A stretch of DNA of 64,000 nucleotides. It comes from Bacteroidota bacterium. Lineage in GTDB: Bacteria > Bacteroidota > Bacteroidia > AKYH767-A > 2013-40CM-41-45. The stretch's first letter is position 1. Every line of letters starts with the position of its first letter. The translations under genes and the position numbers were made by a program. Location: the NCBI GenBank assembly GCA_016721305.1, contig JADKIH010000007.1, forward strand, positions 112,595 through 176,594. Direction: 5' to 3'. The notes under the pieces are model-generated. The model saw only the letters and a program-made list of their open reading frames with translations. It did no database searches and was not told where the DNA came from. This document shows positions 1 to 8,886 of the stretch, one piece after another.

Positions 1-286
1 GGAAGAACCAATCTGCCGACAGGGCGATTTTCTACAGTAACATTTGAATTTATCTCGGTCAGACGAACACTCCAGTTATTGGGGTTTTGCAGAATGAGAT
101 TGAAAGAAATTACAGGTGAAGAGGAACCACTCAATTCAACTTGTTCGATACGACGATATTCGACAGACTTCGTCGAAAAACAAGCCGTCATTGAGAAAGC
201 AACTACGATAAATAAAAAGAAGGATAACCCATAATGATGACGGGTTAAGTGAACTGTTTTACTTTTCATTCAATCAGTACGAAAAA

Positions 287-1069
287 TTATTTATAAGTCT
301 CCGTCTGTTTTTTATTCAAAAACTGAAAGAAAGTATCGCTGCGGAGTCCGATTCGCAATGATTCCAGAGCGATGACTTCAGTAGGAGCGATGTTACCGAG
401 ATTAACATTGGCACCCAGCAATTTGATAAAGTAAACCTGTCCACTCTTATTTGGAGTTTCCCAGATGATGTGCTCGGCTGAAACTTTAGAAATAATTTTG
501 TTGATGAGAACAACGTGCGCTTTTCCATTCGGTCGATAGATACCGACAGTACCACTCTCACGGGCTTCGGCGATAACCTTCCATGCACCGGCCTGAATTT
601 CACTCTCAATCAATTCAATCCATTTATTTGGGTGAATGATAATTCCTTCTTCCTTCGAGCCTACCTCAGTAATGACAGTTACATACTTGCTAAGCTTACG
701 AATAAATTCAAGTTTTTTATTGTGATCAAGTGAAATACTACCATCACTAACTTCGGCATGTGTTAGCTTGTACTTTTCGATCAGCTTGAGATAATCATCG
801 AATTTATTTCGAGCAATGAAAGCCTCAAGTAGTGTACCTCCAAAATAAACAGGAATTTTAGCCGAGCGATAAACTGCCAGTTTTTTGTCGAGATTCGGTG
901 TAACATAAGAGCTGCCAAAGCCCAATTTTACCATGTCGATATAGTCGCCCGACACTTCAATCATGTCTTCAGCCTGACGAGTGCTCAAGCCCTTATCCAT
1001 AACCATAGTAAGTCCCGACTGACGCGGTTTCGCAGACCGTGCCGGTATATTATCAAGGGAGAAATTCAT
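287..1069 (-). CDS. (2R)-phospho-3-sulfolactate synthase family protein (ComA-like)
   Basis: 260-aa ORF with overall resemblance to the ComA/PF02679 family (N-terminal MNFSLDNIP...RQSGLTMVMDKGLS). Its start overlaps the stop of the upstream TPR gene. Confidence 0.5.
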   Translation of the reverse strand: MNFSLDNIPARSAKPRQSGLTMVMDKGLSTRQAEDMIEVSGDYIDMVKLGFGSSYVTPNLDKKLAVYRSAKIPVYFGGTLLEAFIARNKFDDYLKLIEKYKLTHAEVSDGSISLDHNKKLEFIRKLSKYVTVITEVGSKEEGIIIHPNKWIELIESEIQAGAWKVIAEARESGTVGIYRPNGKAHVVLINKIISKVSAEHIIWETPNKSGQVYFIKLLGANVNLGNIAPTEVIALESLRIGLRSDTFFQFLNKKQTETYK

Positions 1070-2484
1070 ATTCTATTTTTATAAAGGTCAATTAAATCGA
1101 GAATATTCTTGTCGTTTTCCATGACAGGAGCATACTCGAAGACCAGGTGGCAAAGGTGGACATTTTTCTCCAGTGCTTCGGCAAGAATCTGATACGATTC
1201 ATGAACTTTTCCGCACATGTAGAGATAGCAAGCCATCCTATAATTTAATTCAGCGTTATCGGGGTGATAAATCATTCCTGCCTGAAGTAATTCAACTGCT
1301 TCATCGGCACGATTATCAACCATGAGAAGGTGAGAATATTCAATCCAGATATCGGCATTTTCAGGTTCGAGTTCCAGCACTTTTTTGTAACTCATTTCAG
1401 CCGAAATGTAATTGTCGAGATGATATTCTGCGTCACCTAGAGCAAACCAGAATTCCGCGTTATTGGAATCGATCTCCAGGGCTTTTTTGATATAATGTGT
1501 TGCTTCAAACCAGCGTTCTTCATTCTGAAGAGTCACGCCGATTCCCAACCAGGCTTCAGCAATATTCGGATCGAGTTTCGTAGCCTTTTTGTAATAGTCA
1601 CGTGCACGATGCATATCCTCGAGCTGTTCGTAGCATTCGCCGATATTGTAATAAGTGAGAGCGTCGGGAGCTTCGAATTCGAATGTCTTTTTGTAGCATT
1701 CGATAGCTTCGGCATAACGATTCAAGTTCGCCAGTGTGTTTCCTTTATTGAAATACGCTGAAGAGAAATCGTCTTTGATAACCAGGCAATAATCGTAGGC
1801 ATTTAAGGCATCTTCATAGCGATTCAACCTGTTATAGACATTGCCCAAATTGTACCATGCAGGGAAGCTATACGGCTGCAGATCGATGAAACGAGTATAG
1901 AAGTCGATGCTATCGGTAAAACGCTCCGTGAATTCAAAACAGAATGCGATCTCATAAAGAGCGACATCATTTTCCGGATTGTTTTCCAAACTCAATTTGA
2001 GATAGGAGATAGCCTTATCATAATCGCCCCAGCTTTCATAAACATAGGCAAGATTCAGATAAAGCATATCCAGTTCCTCGGCAAGAGGAATGGCTTTATT
2101 GAAGCTCTCGATAGCCTCTTCAAATTTTTGAAGTTGGGAATAGATGGAGCCTCTGATCATATACAGATCGGGATCTAACGGTGTTATCCGCTCAGCCTTA
2201 TCCAATATACTGAGAGCTTCATCTAAACGCTCGACCATAGCCAAAAGCTGAGCTTTGCGCAGAAGAAATTCTACCGAAGCCGGATGCTGGTCCTGAGCGA
2301 ATTCAACAACCTGCAATGCTTTTACAGGATCGTTTTTTTCGATGTAGTAATCTATAATATTGAGAAATGCGTCGACGTCAAAGAAGTAAGCATCTTTGTT
2401 GCGAATCATCTCTTCGTACCGTTCAATGGAATGGCGGATCTGATTTTGCTGGTCGCCTGGACCAAGGAATTCTTCTTCTTCCAT
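1066..2484 (-). CDS. tetratricopeptide (TPR) repeat protein
   Basis: 472 aa with repeated AxxYYNLGxxYxxLxxYxEAxxxYxKAL 34-residue units. Confidence 0.65.
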   Translation of the reverse strand: MEEEEFLGPGDQQNQIRHSIERYEEMIRNKDAYFFDVDAFLNIIDYYIEKNDPVKALQVVEFAQDQHPASVEFLLRKAQLLAMVERLDEALSILDKAERITPLDPDLYMIRGSIYSQLQKFEEAIESFNKAIPLAEELDMLYLNLAYVYESWGDYDKAISYLKLSLENNPENDVALYEIAFCFEFTERFTDSIDFYTRFIDLQPYSFPAWYNLGNVYNRLNRYEDALNAYDYCLVIKDDFSSAYFNKGNTLANLNRYAEAIECYKKTFEFEAPDALTYYNIGECYEQLEDMHRARDYYKKATKLDPNIAEAWLGIGVTLQNEERWFEATHYIKKALEIDSNNAEFWFALGDAEYHLDNYISAEMSYKKVLELEPENADIWIEYSHLLMVDNRADEAVELLQAGMIYHPDNAELNYRMACYLYMCGKVHESYQILAEALEKNVHLCHLVFEYAPVMENDKNILDLIDLYKNRI

Positions 2485-2605
2485 TTAGTAAAATTAGGTC
2501 TCGAAAAAGATTGTTACCCCCAAATATAGTCAAAAAAAGCGAATTCCGCGCTATTGAGTTGCGAGTTTTCCACAGGGGGGTGCGGGCTTCGACAAGCTCA
2601 GCCAA

Positions 2606-2671
2606 CGGGTTGCGGGTTGCGGGGTGCGGGTTACGGGTTGCGGGTTACGGGTTACGGGTTACGGGTTGCGG
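2606..2671. repeat. Tandem heptamer array (GGGTTRC)x9, G-rich on the + strand
   Basis: Direct read: gggttgcgggttgcggggtgcgggttacgggttgcgggttacgggttacgggttacgggttgcgg. Confidence 0.85.
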
Positions 2672-2756
2672 AAGAGGCTCTCTGCCAATTAAAGCCGTTA
2701 TAGTAGATTTTCGCCCAATTTCGCCATCTCACCCTCAATTATAACGACCAGGAGGT

Positions 2757-2862
2757 TACACTTACTTACTAATTACTAATTACCAATTGCTACTTACTAC
2801 TAGCTACTTACTACTTACTACTTACTACTTACTACTTACTACTTACCACTTACTACCTACTA
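2757..2862. repeat. Tandem heptamer array (TACTTAC)n with leader taattactaattaccaattgctac
   Basis: Direct read. About 12 units lie 28 bp upstream of the recF ATG. Confidence 0.85.
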
Positions 2863-2889
2863 ATCCCACACATTCCGTACCTTAGCCCC

Positions 2890-4041
2890 ATGCATCTCCA
2901 TTCCCTTTCTCTTGTCAATTTCAAGAATTACCCCGCTGCTGAGCTAATGTTCTCGTCAGGGGTAAATGCCTTTACGGGGAACAATGGAGAAGGTAAGACC
3001 AATTTGTTGGATGCGGTGCATTATCTGGCACTCTGCAAGAGCTATTTCAATCCATCCGATGTCCAGAATATCCGTCAGGGCGAGGACTTTTTCGTCGTTC
3101 AGGGAAATTTTGAACTGAACAATGTTCCCGAGATGGTGAGTTGCGGATTCAAGCGCGGACAGAAGAAAGTCTTGAAGCGTAATCAGAAGGAATATGAACG
3201 CTTGGCAGATCATATCGGAATGATACCCGTGGTGATGATTTCGCCAACCGATTCGACATTGATTACCGATGGAAGTGAAGAACGTCGAAAATTTCTCGAC
3301 AGCATCATCTCTCAATTTAATCCGCATTACTTGGACGATCTGATCAATTACGGACGAGTACTTTCGCAGCGAAATGCGTATTTGAAACAAGCATTTCAGT
3401 CGCGCCGTTTCGATATCGATTCATTATCTATTTGGGATGAACAACTCATTCCGCTTGGCAACCGAATTTTTGATGTCCGAAAAGAATTCGTTGAAGCGAT
3501 GCTGCCGATTTTCCGACATTACTACAATTTCATTTCAGGCGGGAAAGAGGAAGTTGAAATTCGTTACGATTCATATCTGGTCGACGATACATTCTCCGTT
3601 CAACTGGCGAATGCATTGGAGAAAGACCGGATTATGCAGTATACAACCGTTGGTACTCACAAAGACGATTTGCTCTTTATGATCGGCGGATTCCCTGCGA
3701 AGCGATTTGCATCGCAAGGACAGCAGAAATCATTCTTAGTCGCTCTGAAATTGGCACAATTCGATTACATGGCGAAGCAAAAAGGAATGAAGCCCATTCT
3801 TTTACTCGACGATATTTACGACAAGCTCGACGACAAACGCATTTCGCGATTGATGGAATTAGTGAGCAAGCATAATTTCGGGCAAATATTTATTACCGAT
3901 ACACACACCGAACGCGTTCTCGAAATTTTCGATCGTATTCAGGTTGACATAAAGTGTTTCTTTTTGCAAGGCGGAAACATAGAGGTATGTAAAGACGTAC
4001 ATCACCCTTCATACGCAGCTGAAAATTCAAATCCGTCATGA
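2890..4041 (+). CDS. recF: DNA replication and repair protein RecF
   Basis: N-terminal LSLVNFKNY...FTGNNGEGKTNLLDAV Walker A and an SMC-like C-terminal LLLDDI motif. 383 aa. Confidence 0.9.
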   Translation: MHLHSLSLVNFKNYPAAELMFSSGVNAFTGNNGEGKTNLLDAVHYLALCKSYFNPSDVQNIRQGEDFFVVQGNFELNNVPEMVSCGFKRGQKKVLKRNQKEYERLADHIGMIPVVMISPTDSTLITDGSEERRKFLDSIISQFNPHYLDDLINYGRVLSQRNAYLKQAFQSRRFDIDSLSIWDEQLIPLGNRIFDVRKEFVEAMLPIFRHYYNFISGGKEEVEIRYDSYLVDDTFSVQLANALEKDRIMQYTTVGTHKDDLLFMIGGFPAKRFASQGQQKSFLVALKLAQFDYMAKQKGMKPILLLDDIYDKLDDKRISRLMELVSKHNFGQIFITDTHTERVLEIFDRIQVDIKCFFLQGGNIEVCKDVHHPSYAAENSNPS

Positions 4042-4337
4042 AGCACTTTCGTCAGTCGAACGACCTCACTTTAAAAGAAGCACTCGAGGCAATGGTTAAG
4101 TCTTTTCGTTTAGAAGGGAAGATGAACGAGGTAAAATTGATCAATGCCTGGGAAAAAGTGATGGGAGCAGCCGTAGCACATCGAACCACAGAAATCAAGA
4201 TCATTAACAAAAAGCTTTACGTTACTTTATCATCTGCTGCACTTCGCCAGGAGTTATTTATGGCGAGAGAAAAGATTGCTGTTTCTTTGAATGAAGAGGC
4301 GGGGGCAGCGGTGATTGATGAAATTATCTTCAAATAA
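4038..4337 (+). CDS. DUF721 domain protein (recF-associated small protein)
   Basis: 99 aa, with ATGA start/stop overlap with recF and the conserved recF-DUF721 position. Confidence 0.6.
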   Translation: MKHFRQSNDLTLKEALEAMVKSFRLEGKMNEVKLINAWEKVMGAAVAHRTTEIKIINKKLYVTLSSAALRQELFMAREKIAVSLNEEAGAAVIDEIIFK

Positions 4338-4394
4338 TTTTTTTCTCTAATCGGTGTCGGAGTTGCAACTCCAACACCGATTAGAGAAAAAAAT
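4338..4394. terminator. Bidirectional rho-independent terminator hairpin between DUF721 (+) and ndk (-)
   Basis: tctctaatcggtgt..loop..acaccgattagaga is a perfect ~14-bp stem flanked by T-run and A-run. Confidence 0.65.
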
Positions 4395-4810
4395 TAGAAT
4401 CGCTCAAACGCCGAGAAGAAGAAGTTTCCTTCAATCGCAGCATTCTCATCGCTATCAGAACCGTGAACTGCATTCGCTTCAATTGATTTAGCGAAGAGAT
4501 TACGGATAGTTCCTTTTTCTGCTTTAGCAGGATCAGTTGCACCGATCAGCTTACGGAAGTCTTCCACAGCATTATCTTTTTCAAGAATAGCCGCTACAAT
4601 CGGACCTGACGACATATAGTTTACCAGATCTTTGTAGAACGGACGCTCTTTGTGAACTGAATAAAATTCACCGGCACGTTCAGGTGTCAGGCGTGTATAT
4701 TTCATCGCCACAATACGGAATCCCGCTTCGTTCATTTTGGCTAAAATTGGACCGATGTAATTGTTTCCAACTGCATCCGGTTTAAGCATTGTAAATGTTC
4801 TGTTTGACAT
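4394..4810 (-). CDS. ndk: nucleoside diphosphate kinase
   Basis: 138 aa: [10 protein letters not shown]...NAVHGSDS. Confidence 0.9.
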   Translation of the reverse strand: MSNRTFTMLKPDAVGNNYIGPILAKMNEAGFRIVAMKYTRLTPERAGEFYSVHKERPFYKDLVNYMSSGPIVAAILEKDNAVEDFRKLIGATDPAKAEKGTIRNLFAKSIEANAVHGSDSDENAAIEGNFFFSAFERF

Positions 4811-4847
4811 GTGATTATATTGGTTGTTTTATTTTTTTTTTAGAGTT

Positions 4848-4913
4848 AGCTGATTAGCTGATTAGCTGATTAGCTGATTAGCTGATTAGCTGATTAGCTG
4901 ATTAGCTGATTAG
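4848..4913. repeat. Octamer tandem array (AGCTGATT)x8
   Basis: Direct read. It lies between the pntB stop and the ndk start. Confidence 0.85.
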
Positions 4914-5016
4914 AAATGCGTAGTACTTTCCAATCTTATGGTTACAAAAACCGCAATGTAAATAATAAATGAAATTATGAGAATGTCCGAATTTAACATG
5001 TAGGTGAGAAGCTCGT

Positions 5017-5043
5017 ATTAGCTAATCAACTAATCAGCTAATC
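5017..5043. repeat. Inverted partner array (AGCTAATC / AATCAGCT)x3
   Basis: tattagctaatcaactaatcagctaatc is the reverse-complement orientation of the 4848-4913 array. The two arms are separated by about 105 bp and could form a hairpin. Confidence 0.75.
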
Positions 5044-6444
5044 TTAAAGAGTCTTAATCTCATTCACCAACTTCGTCAACGCATCCTTAGCATCTCCGAA
5101 AAGCATGCTGGTCTTAGGATCGTAGAAGAGTTGATTTTCGATACCGGCATAACCTGCATTCATTGAACGCTTGTTGATGATGATATGCTGAGCAGCTTCG
5201 ACATCTAAAATAGGCATTCCGTAAATAGGAGAGGACGGATCATTTTTCGCAGCAGGGTTTACAACGTCATTGGCACCAACAACAAGTACTACATCTGTAG
5301 AAGCAAATTCCGGATTGATTTCTTCCATTTCCGAAAGCTTTCCGTAATCGACATTACTTTCTGCAAGAAGAACATTCATGTGACCCGGCATACGACCGGC
5401 AACAGGGTGGATGGCATACTTTACCTGAACACCGCGTTCTTCGAGAATCAGTTCAAGTTCGTGAATGATATGTTGTGCCTGTGCTACGGCTAAGCCGTAA
5501 CCGGGAACGATAATAACTTTCTTAGAGTAATTAAGGAGAACGGCTGCATCACTAATCGTGATGTCTTTGATTGAACCTTTGGTAGATGCTCCGGCACCTG
5601 CAGCAGCAGTTTCACCAAATGCACCGAAAATGACATTGAAGAGCGGACGATTCATCGCTTTACACATCGCAAGTGTCAAAATCGTACCTGCCGATCCTAC
5701 AAGGATACCACCGGTAAGCATAACCTGATTGTTGTAAAGGAAACCACCGAATGCAGCTGCCAGTCCGGTGAATGAGTTCAATAATGAAATTACGACCGGC
5801 ATATCGGCTCCACCAATCGGAACTACGAAGAAGATACCATACATTAAAGCTAAAGCAAACGTACCGTACAACCACATACTTGAATCTGTTCCCGAAGCCA
5901 CAACGAATACGGCAACACCAACTGTAACAATCATCAGAATTAAGTTGATGATATTGTAATTAGGCAGACGAATTGATTTGCTGAGTGTACCATTCAGTTT
6001 CATGAAGGCAATCATACTACCGGAAAAAGAAACGCTACCGATAATGAGTCCTGCCATGATAATAGAGATACGATCTGTATGACCGACATTGTGGTGAAAC
6101 TCGAGTAAAGAGATCAAAGCCGCACAGGCACCACCCATACCGTTAAACAACGATACAAGTTCGGGCATAGCTGTCATCTTAACTTTCTTAGCGGTCATCC
6201 AGCCAATCGTTGTACCGATGGCCAGTCCACCGAAGATTAGTCCGAGATTGACCGAAGTACGGAATGTTTCGCCATTCGGATTTTCATAAATGAAAATTGT
6301 TCCGAGAATAGCAAGCGTCATTCCGAAAGCCGCATAAAGATTTCCTTTACGAGCGGTTTGAGGATTACTCAGCATTTTTAGTCCCAGCACAAAAGTGACT
6401 GAGGCTATTAAATAGATAATGTCTAATATATATTGATTCGTCAT
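5044..6444 (-). CDS. pntB: NAD(P) transhydrogenase subunit beta
   Basis: 466 aa, multi-TM N-terminus plus the C-terminal NADP(H)-binding domain (GYGLAVAQAQH). Confidence 0.9.
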   Translation of the reverse strand: MTNQYILDIIYLIASVTFVLGLKMLSNPQTARKGNLYAAFGMTLAILGTIFIYENPNGETFRTSVNLGLIFGGLAIGTTIGWMTAKKVKMTAMPELVSLFNGMGGACAALISLLEFHHNVGHTDRISIIMAGLIIGSVSFSGSMIAFMKLNGTLSKSIRLPNYNIINLILMIVTVGVAVFVVASGTDSSMWLYGTFALALMYGIFFVVPIGGADMPVVISLLNSFTGLAAAFGGFLYNNQVMLTGGILVGSAGTILTLAMCKAMNRPLFNVIFGAFGETAAAGAGASTKGSIKDITISDAAVLLNYSKKVIIVPGYGLAVAQAQHIIHELELILEERGVQVKYAIHPVAGRMPGHMNVLLAESNVDYGKLSEMEEINPEFASTDVVLVVGANDVVNPAAKNDPSSPIYGMPILDVEAAQHIIINKRSMNAGYAGIENQLFYDPKTSMLFGDAKDALTKLVNEIKTL

Positions 6445-6458
6445 AACCTGGGCACTAA

Positions 6459-6773
6459 TTATTTTTTATCCTTTTTCTTAAACATCTCAAGCATTCTGTC
6501 CGTCACCACAAATCCTCCGACAACGTTCAGCGTACCTAAAATTACGGCAACAAAACCAAGGCTGAGTAAAAGGATATTATCAGGTTCGGTGTTGAGCATA
6601 ACGATGATTGAACCTACGATCACAACACCGTGAATCGCATTCGCACCCGACATCAGCGGGGTATGGAGTACAGAAGGTACTTTTCCGATAACTTCGACTC
6701 CGACGAAAATGGAGAGAATCAAAACATAGACTTTGTCGATGTGCTCTCCGAGAAATGAAATGAAATTGCTCAT
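6459..6773 (-). CDS. pntAB: NAD(P) transhydrogenase subunit alpha part 2
   Basis: 104-aa membrane protein immediately upstream of pntB. Confidence 0.8.
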   Translation of the reverse strand: MSNFISFLGEHIDKVYVLILSIFVGVEVIGKVPSVLHTPLMSGANAIHGVVIVGSIIVMLNTEPDNILLLSLGFVAVILGTLNVVGGFVVTDRMLEMFKKKDKK

Positions 6774-6776
6774 TGA

Positions 6777-7139
6777 TTAATTTAAATTTTCCTGGAACTT
6801 GATAACGCGAAGAGTAGCTTCCAGCACTTCAATCATACTCTTGCCTTGATTAATAATAAGGTGACTGTTATTCAGATTCACTTTTTCGTATTCGAGTGAA
6901 CGCTCATACCAGTACATACAATTCTTTGCTTCCTGAATAAACACACACAGATAGGAGTAGAACTCACGCGGTGATCTGCATGTGTGTATCATTGTCGATG
7001 CTTCTTCTAAAGAAGCTACCGATGTTTTCAACTTCTTGCTCAAAAATAAATCGATGTGATTTTCTTCAGCCTGTAAAGAGGATGATAAAATCGATTGTGC
7101 AAAATTTTCAGTCCAGTTTTTAAAATTCATGTCTTTCAT
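6777..7139 (-). CDS. hypothetical protein inserted between pntAA and pntAB
   Basis: 120-aa ORF, co-directional and tightly spaced inside the pnt operon. Predicted helical. Only weak, uncertain similarity to four-helix-bundle (23S rRNA IVS-like) proteins. Confidence 0.4.
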   Translation of the reverse strand: MKDMNFKNWTENFAQSILSSSLQAEENHIDLFLSKKLKTSVASLEEASTMIHTCRSPREFYSYLCVFIQEAKNCMYWYERSLEYEKVNLNNSHLIINQGKSMIEVLEATLRVIKFQENLN

Positions 7140-7160
7140 AAATGTTTAATAAGTGTGGGA

Positions 7161-8291
7161 TCACGCCGTCACTGTTTGAGCGACAGATGGGTGGACAGCT
7201 TGACCATTGTGAACTATCAGGGATCCTTTGGTAATTTCTTCTTCCATTTCCCACTTAAAACCGTCTTTCGTAGCTAAGTGGAGAAGAAATGCCTGAATGT
7301 TTTTTGCATACAATTCAGACGCATTTAAAGGTAACAGACTAGGTAAATTTGATTCGCCAATAATGGTAACACCATTCTTGACTACAGTTTTATTTACCTC
7401 ACTCAGAACGCAATTTCCGCCCTGAGCAACAGCCATATCAACAATCACAGATCCCATTTTCATACTCTTCACCATATCTTCTGTAACCAGCACCGGTGCT
7501 TTACGACCCGGAACCAGGGCAGTGGTGATAACCAGATCTGCTTCTGAAATATGTTTAGCAATCAGGGCCTGCTGCATTTTGAGGAATTCGTCGGAAACAC
7601 CTTTTACATACCCGCCTTCAATCTTCACAGAGGCATCTCCTTTTACTTCGATGAATTTACCACCAAGAGATTCGACTTGTTCTTTTGTTTCAGGACGGAT
7701 ATCCGACACTTCTACAATTGAACCCAATCGTTTCGCCGTAGCGATTGCCTGAAGTCCGGCAACACCGGCTCCCATAATGACAACCTTCGAAGGCTTGATC
7801 GTTCCGGCCGCTGTCATCAGCAACGGGAAGATTTTACCTAAGGCAGCAGCACCGATAATGACGGCTTTGTAACCGGCCAAATTGGCCTGAGAACTGAGCA
7901 CGTCCATTTTCTGAGCACGGGAAATACGCGGGATGGCATCCATCGAAAAGGCACTGATACCCTGACGAACGCAAGCTTCAACAACCTGAGGGTTGGTGCC
8001 GGCATACATCAGCGAAATCAGAATGGCGCTTTTCTTCATCCAGCCGATTTCGGCAGGAGTAGGAGCGTTAATTTTTAAGATTACATCGGCTTCGCGATAG
8101 AGCGATTCAGCATCGGCCACCATTCGGGCTCCTGCCTTTTCATATCCTGAATTGTCGAAATACGAGTTCAAACCCGCATCTTTTTCAACCAGAACCTCAA
8201 AACCCGCTTTGATCAGGGCCGCTACAACGTCGGGGGTCAATGACACACGACGTTCATAATCATTCTTTTCTTTTGGAACGCAAACTTTCAC
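7161..8291 (-). CDS. pntAA: NAD(P) transhydrogenase subunit alpha part 1 (AlaDH/PNT domain)
   Basis: 376 aa with the Rossmann motif VIMGAGVAGLQA. Confidence 0.85.
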   Translation of the reverse strand: MKVCVPKEKNDYERRVSLTPDVVAALIKAGFEVLVEKDAGLNSYFDNSGYEKAGARMVADAESLYREADVILKINAPTPAEIGWMKKSAILISLMYAGTNPQVVEACVRQGISAFSMDAIPRISRAQKMDVLSSQANLAGYKAVIIGAAALGKIFPLLMTAAGTIKPSKVVIMGAGVAGLQAIATAKRLGSIVEVSDIRPETKEQVESLGGKFIEVKGDASVKIEGGYVKGVSDEFLKMQQALIAKHISEADLVITTALVPGRKAPVLVTEDMVKSMKMGSVIVDMAVAQGGNCVLSEVNKTVVKNGVTIIGESNLPSLLPLNASELYAKNIQAFLLHLATKDGFKWEMEEEITKGSLIVHNGQAVHPSVAQTVTA

Positions 8292-8580
8292 TTGAAACTG
8301 TTTTTTCTGAAAAATAATCGTGCAAATAAAGCAATAAAAATTGGTTTATCACATGGCAATTGTCATGCGTTTCGAGGCGTTCATTCAACTTACAAAGTAT
8401 ATCCTGACAGCAAATAAATGACATTTATCTGCCTGATGAACAACACCATAGAAAAATCTTTCAGTTGCAATCAGCTGGCTTATCAACAATTCAACCGACC
8501 TCATATGGGGATAAATCAGCCTTATCGGGCGTGGTTTTGTGGATTTACGTATGGCTTAAAAAAGTATATTTGCCCCACTT

Positions 8581-8865
8581 ATGATCAAATTAACTCAACA
8601 TTCACTCGACAAGATCGAAGAACTGCTCACTGTAGCGGGCTACAAAGTCCGTAATGAAAAAGGCAACTTTAAATCAGGCAGTTGTGTAATCGAAAGTTCG
8701 AAAATGATCGTCCTGAACAAATTCGCACCGGTAGAAGCGAAAGTAGGTTATCTGGTTGAGGCTGTTCAGAATCTCGAGTTGGACGAGAGTCTCTTTGATG
8801 AGAAAAATTTAAAACTGCTCCAGGAAATCCGCCAAACCGAAATTAAGTTTTCGGCCGAAGCCTGA
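8581..8865 (+). CDS. hypothetical small protein
   Basis: 94-aa ORF upstream of and co-directional with the MBL hydrolase gene. Confidence 0.4.
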   Translation: MIKLTQHSLDKIEELLTVAGYKVRNEKGNFKSGSCVIESSKMIVLNKFAPVEAKVGYLVEAVQNLELDESLFDEKNLKLLQEIRQTEIKFSAEA

Positions 8866-8886
8866 TTTACCCGGTGATAACCGGAT

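Noticed and set aside
316-733. Small ORFs (316-609 minus, 515-733 plus) inside or antisense to the ComA-like gene; likewise 1495-1761, 1533-1715, 2956-3390, 5660-5959, 10040-10984, 31893-32195 and others
   Set aside because: They are embedded in or antisense to well-supported longer genes and have low-complexity or odd composition. They are spurious.
2367-2744. 125-aa ORF on the plus strand spanning the GGGTTRC array
   Set aside because: Its reading frame is created by the heptamer repeat (the RVAGCGLRVAGYGL stretch). It overlaps the TPR gene start and is not a credible gene.
4848-4913. Possible CRISPR array suggested by the regular tandem repeats
   Set aside because: The units are 7-8 bp and contiguous, with no spacers of 25-40 bp and no cas genes. 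They are microsatellite or REP-like arrays, not CRISPR.
8418-8654. 78-aa ORF upstream of the small hypothetical gene
   Set aside because: It overlaps the better-supported 8581-8865 ORF in another frame and has an odd W/C-rich composition.
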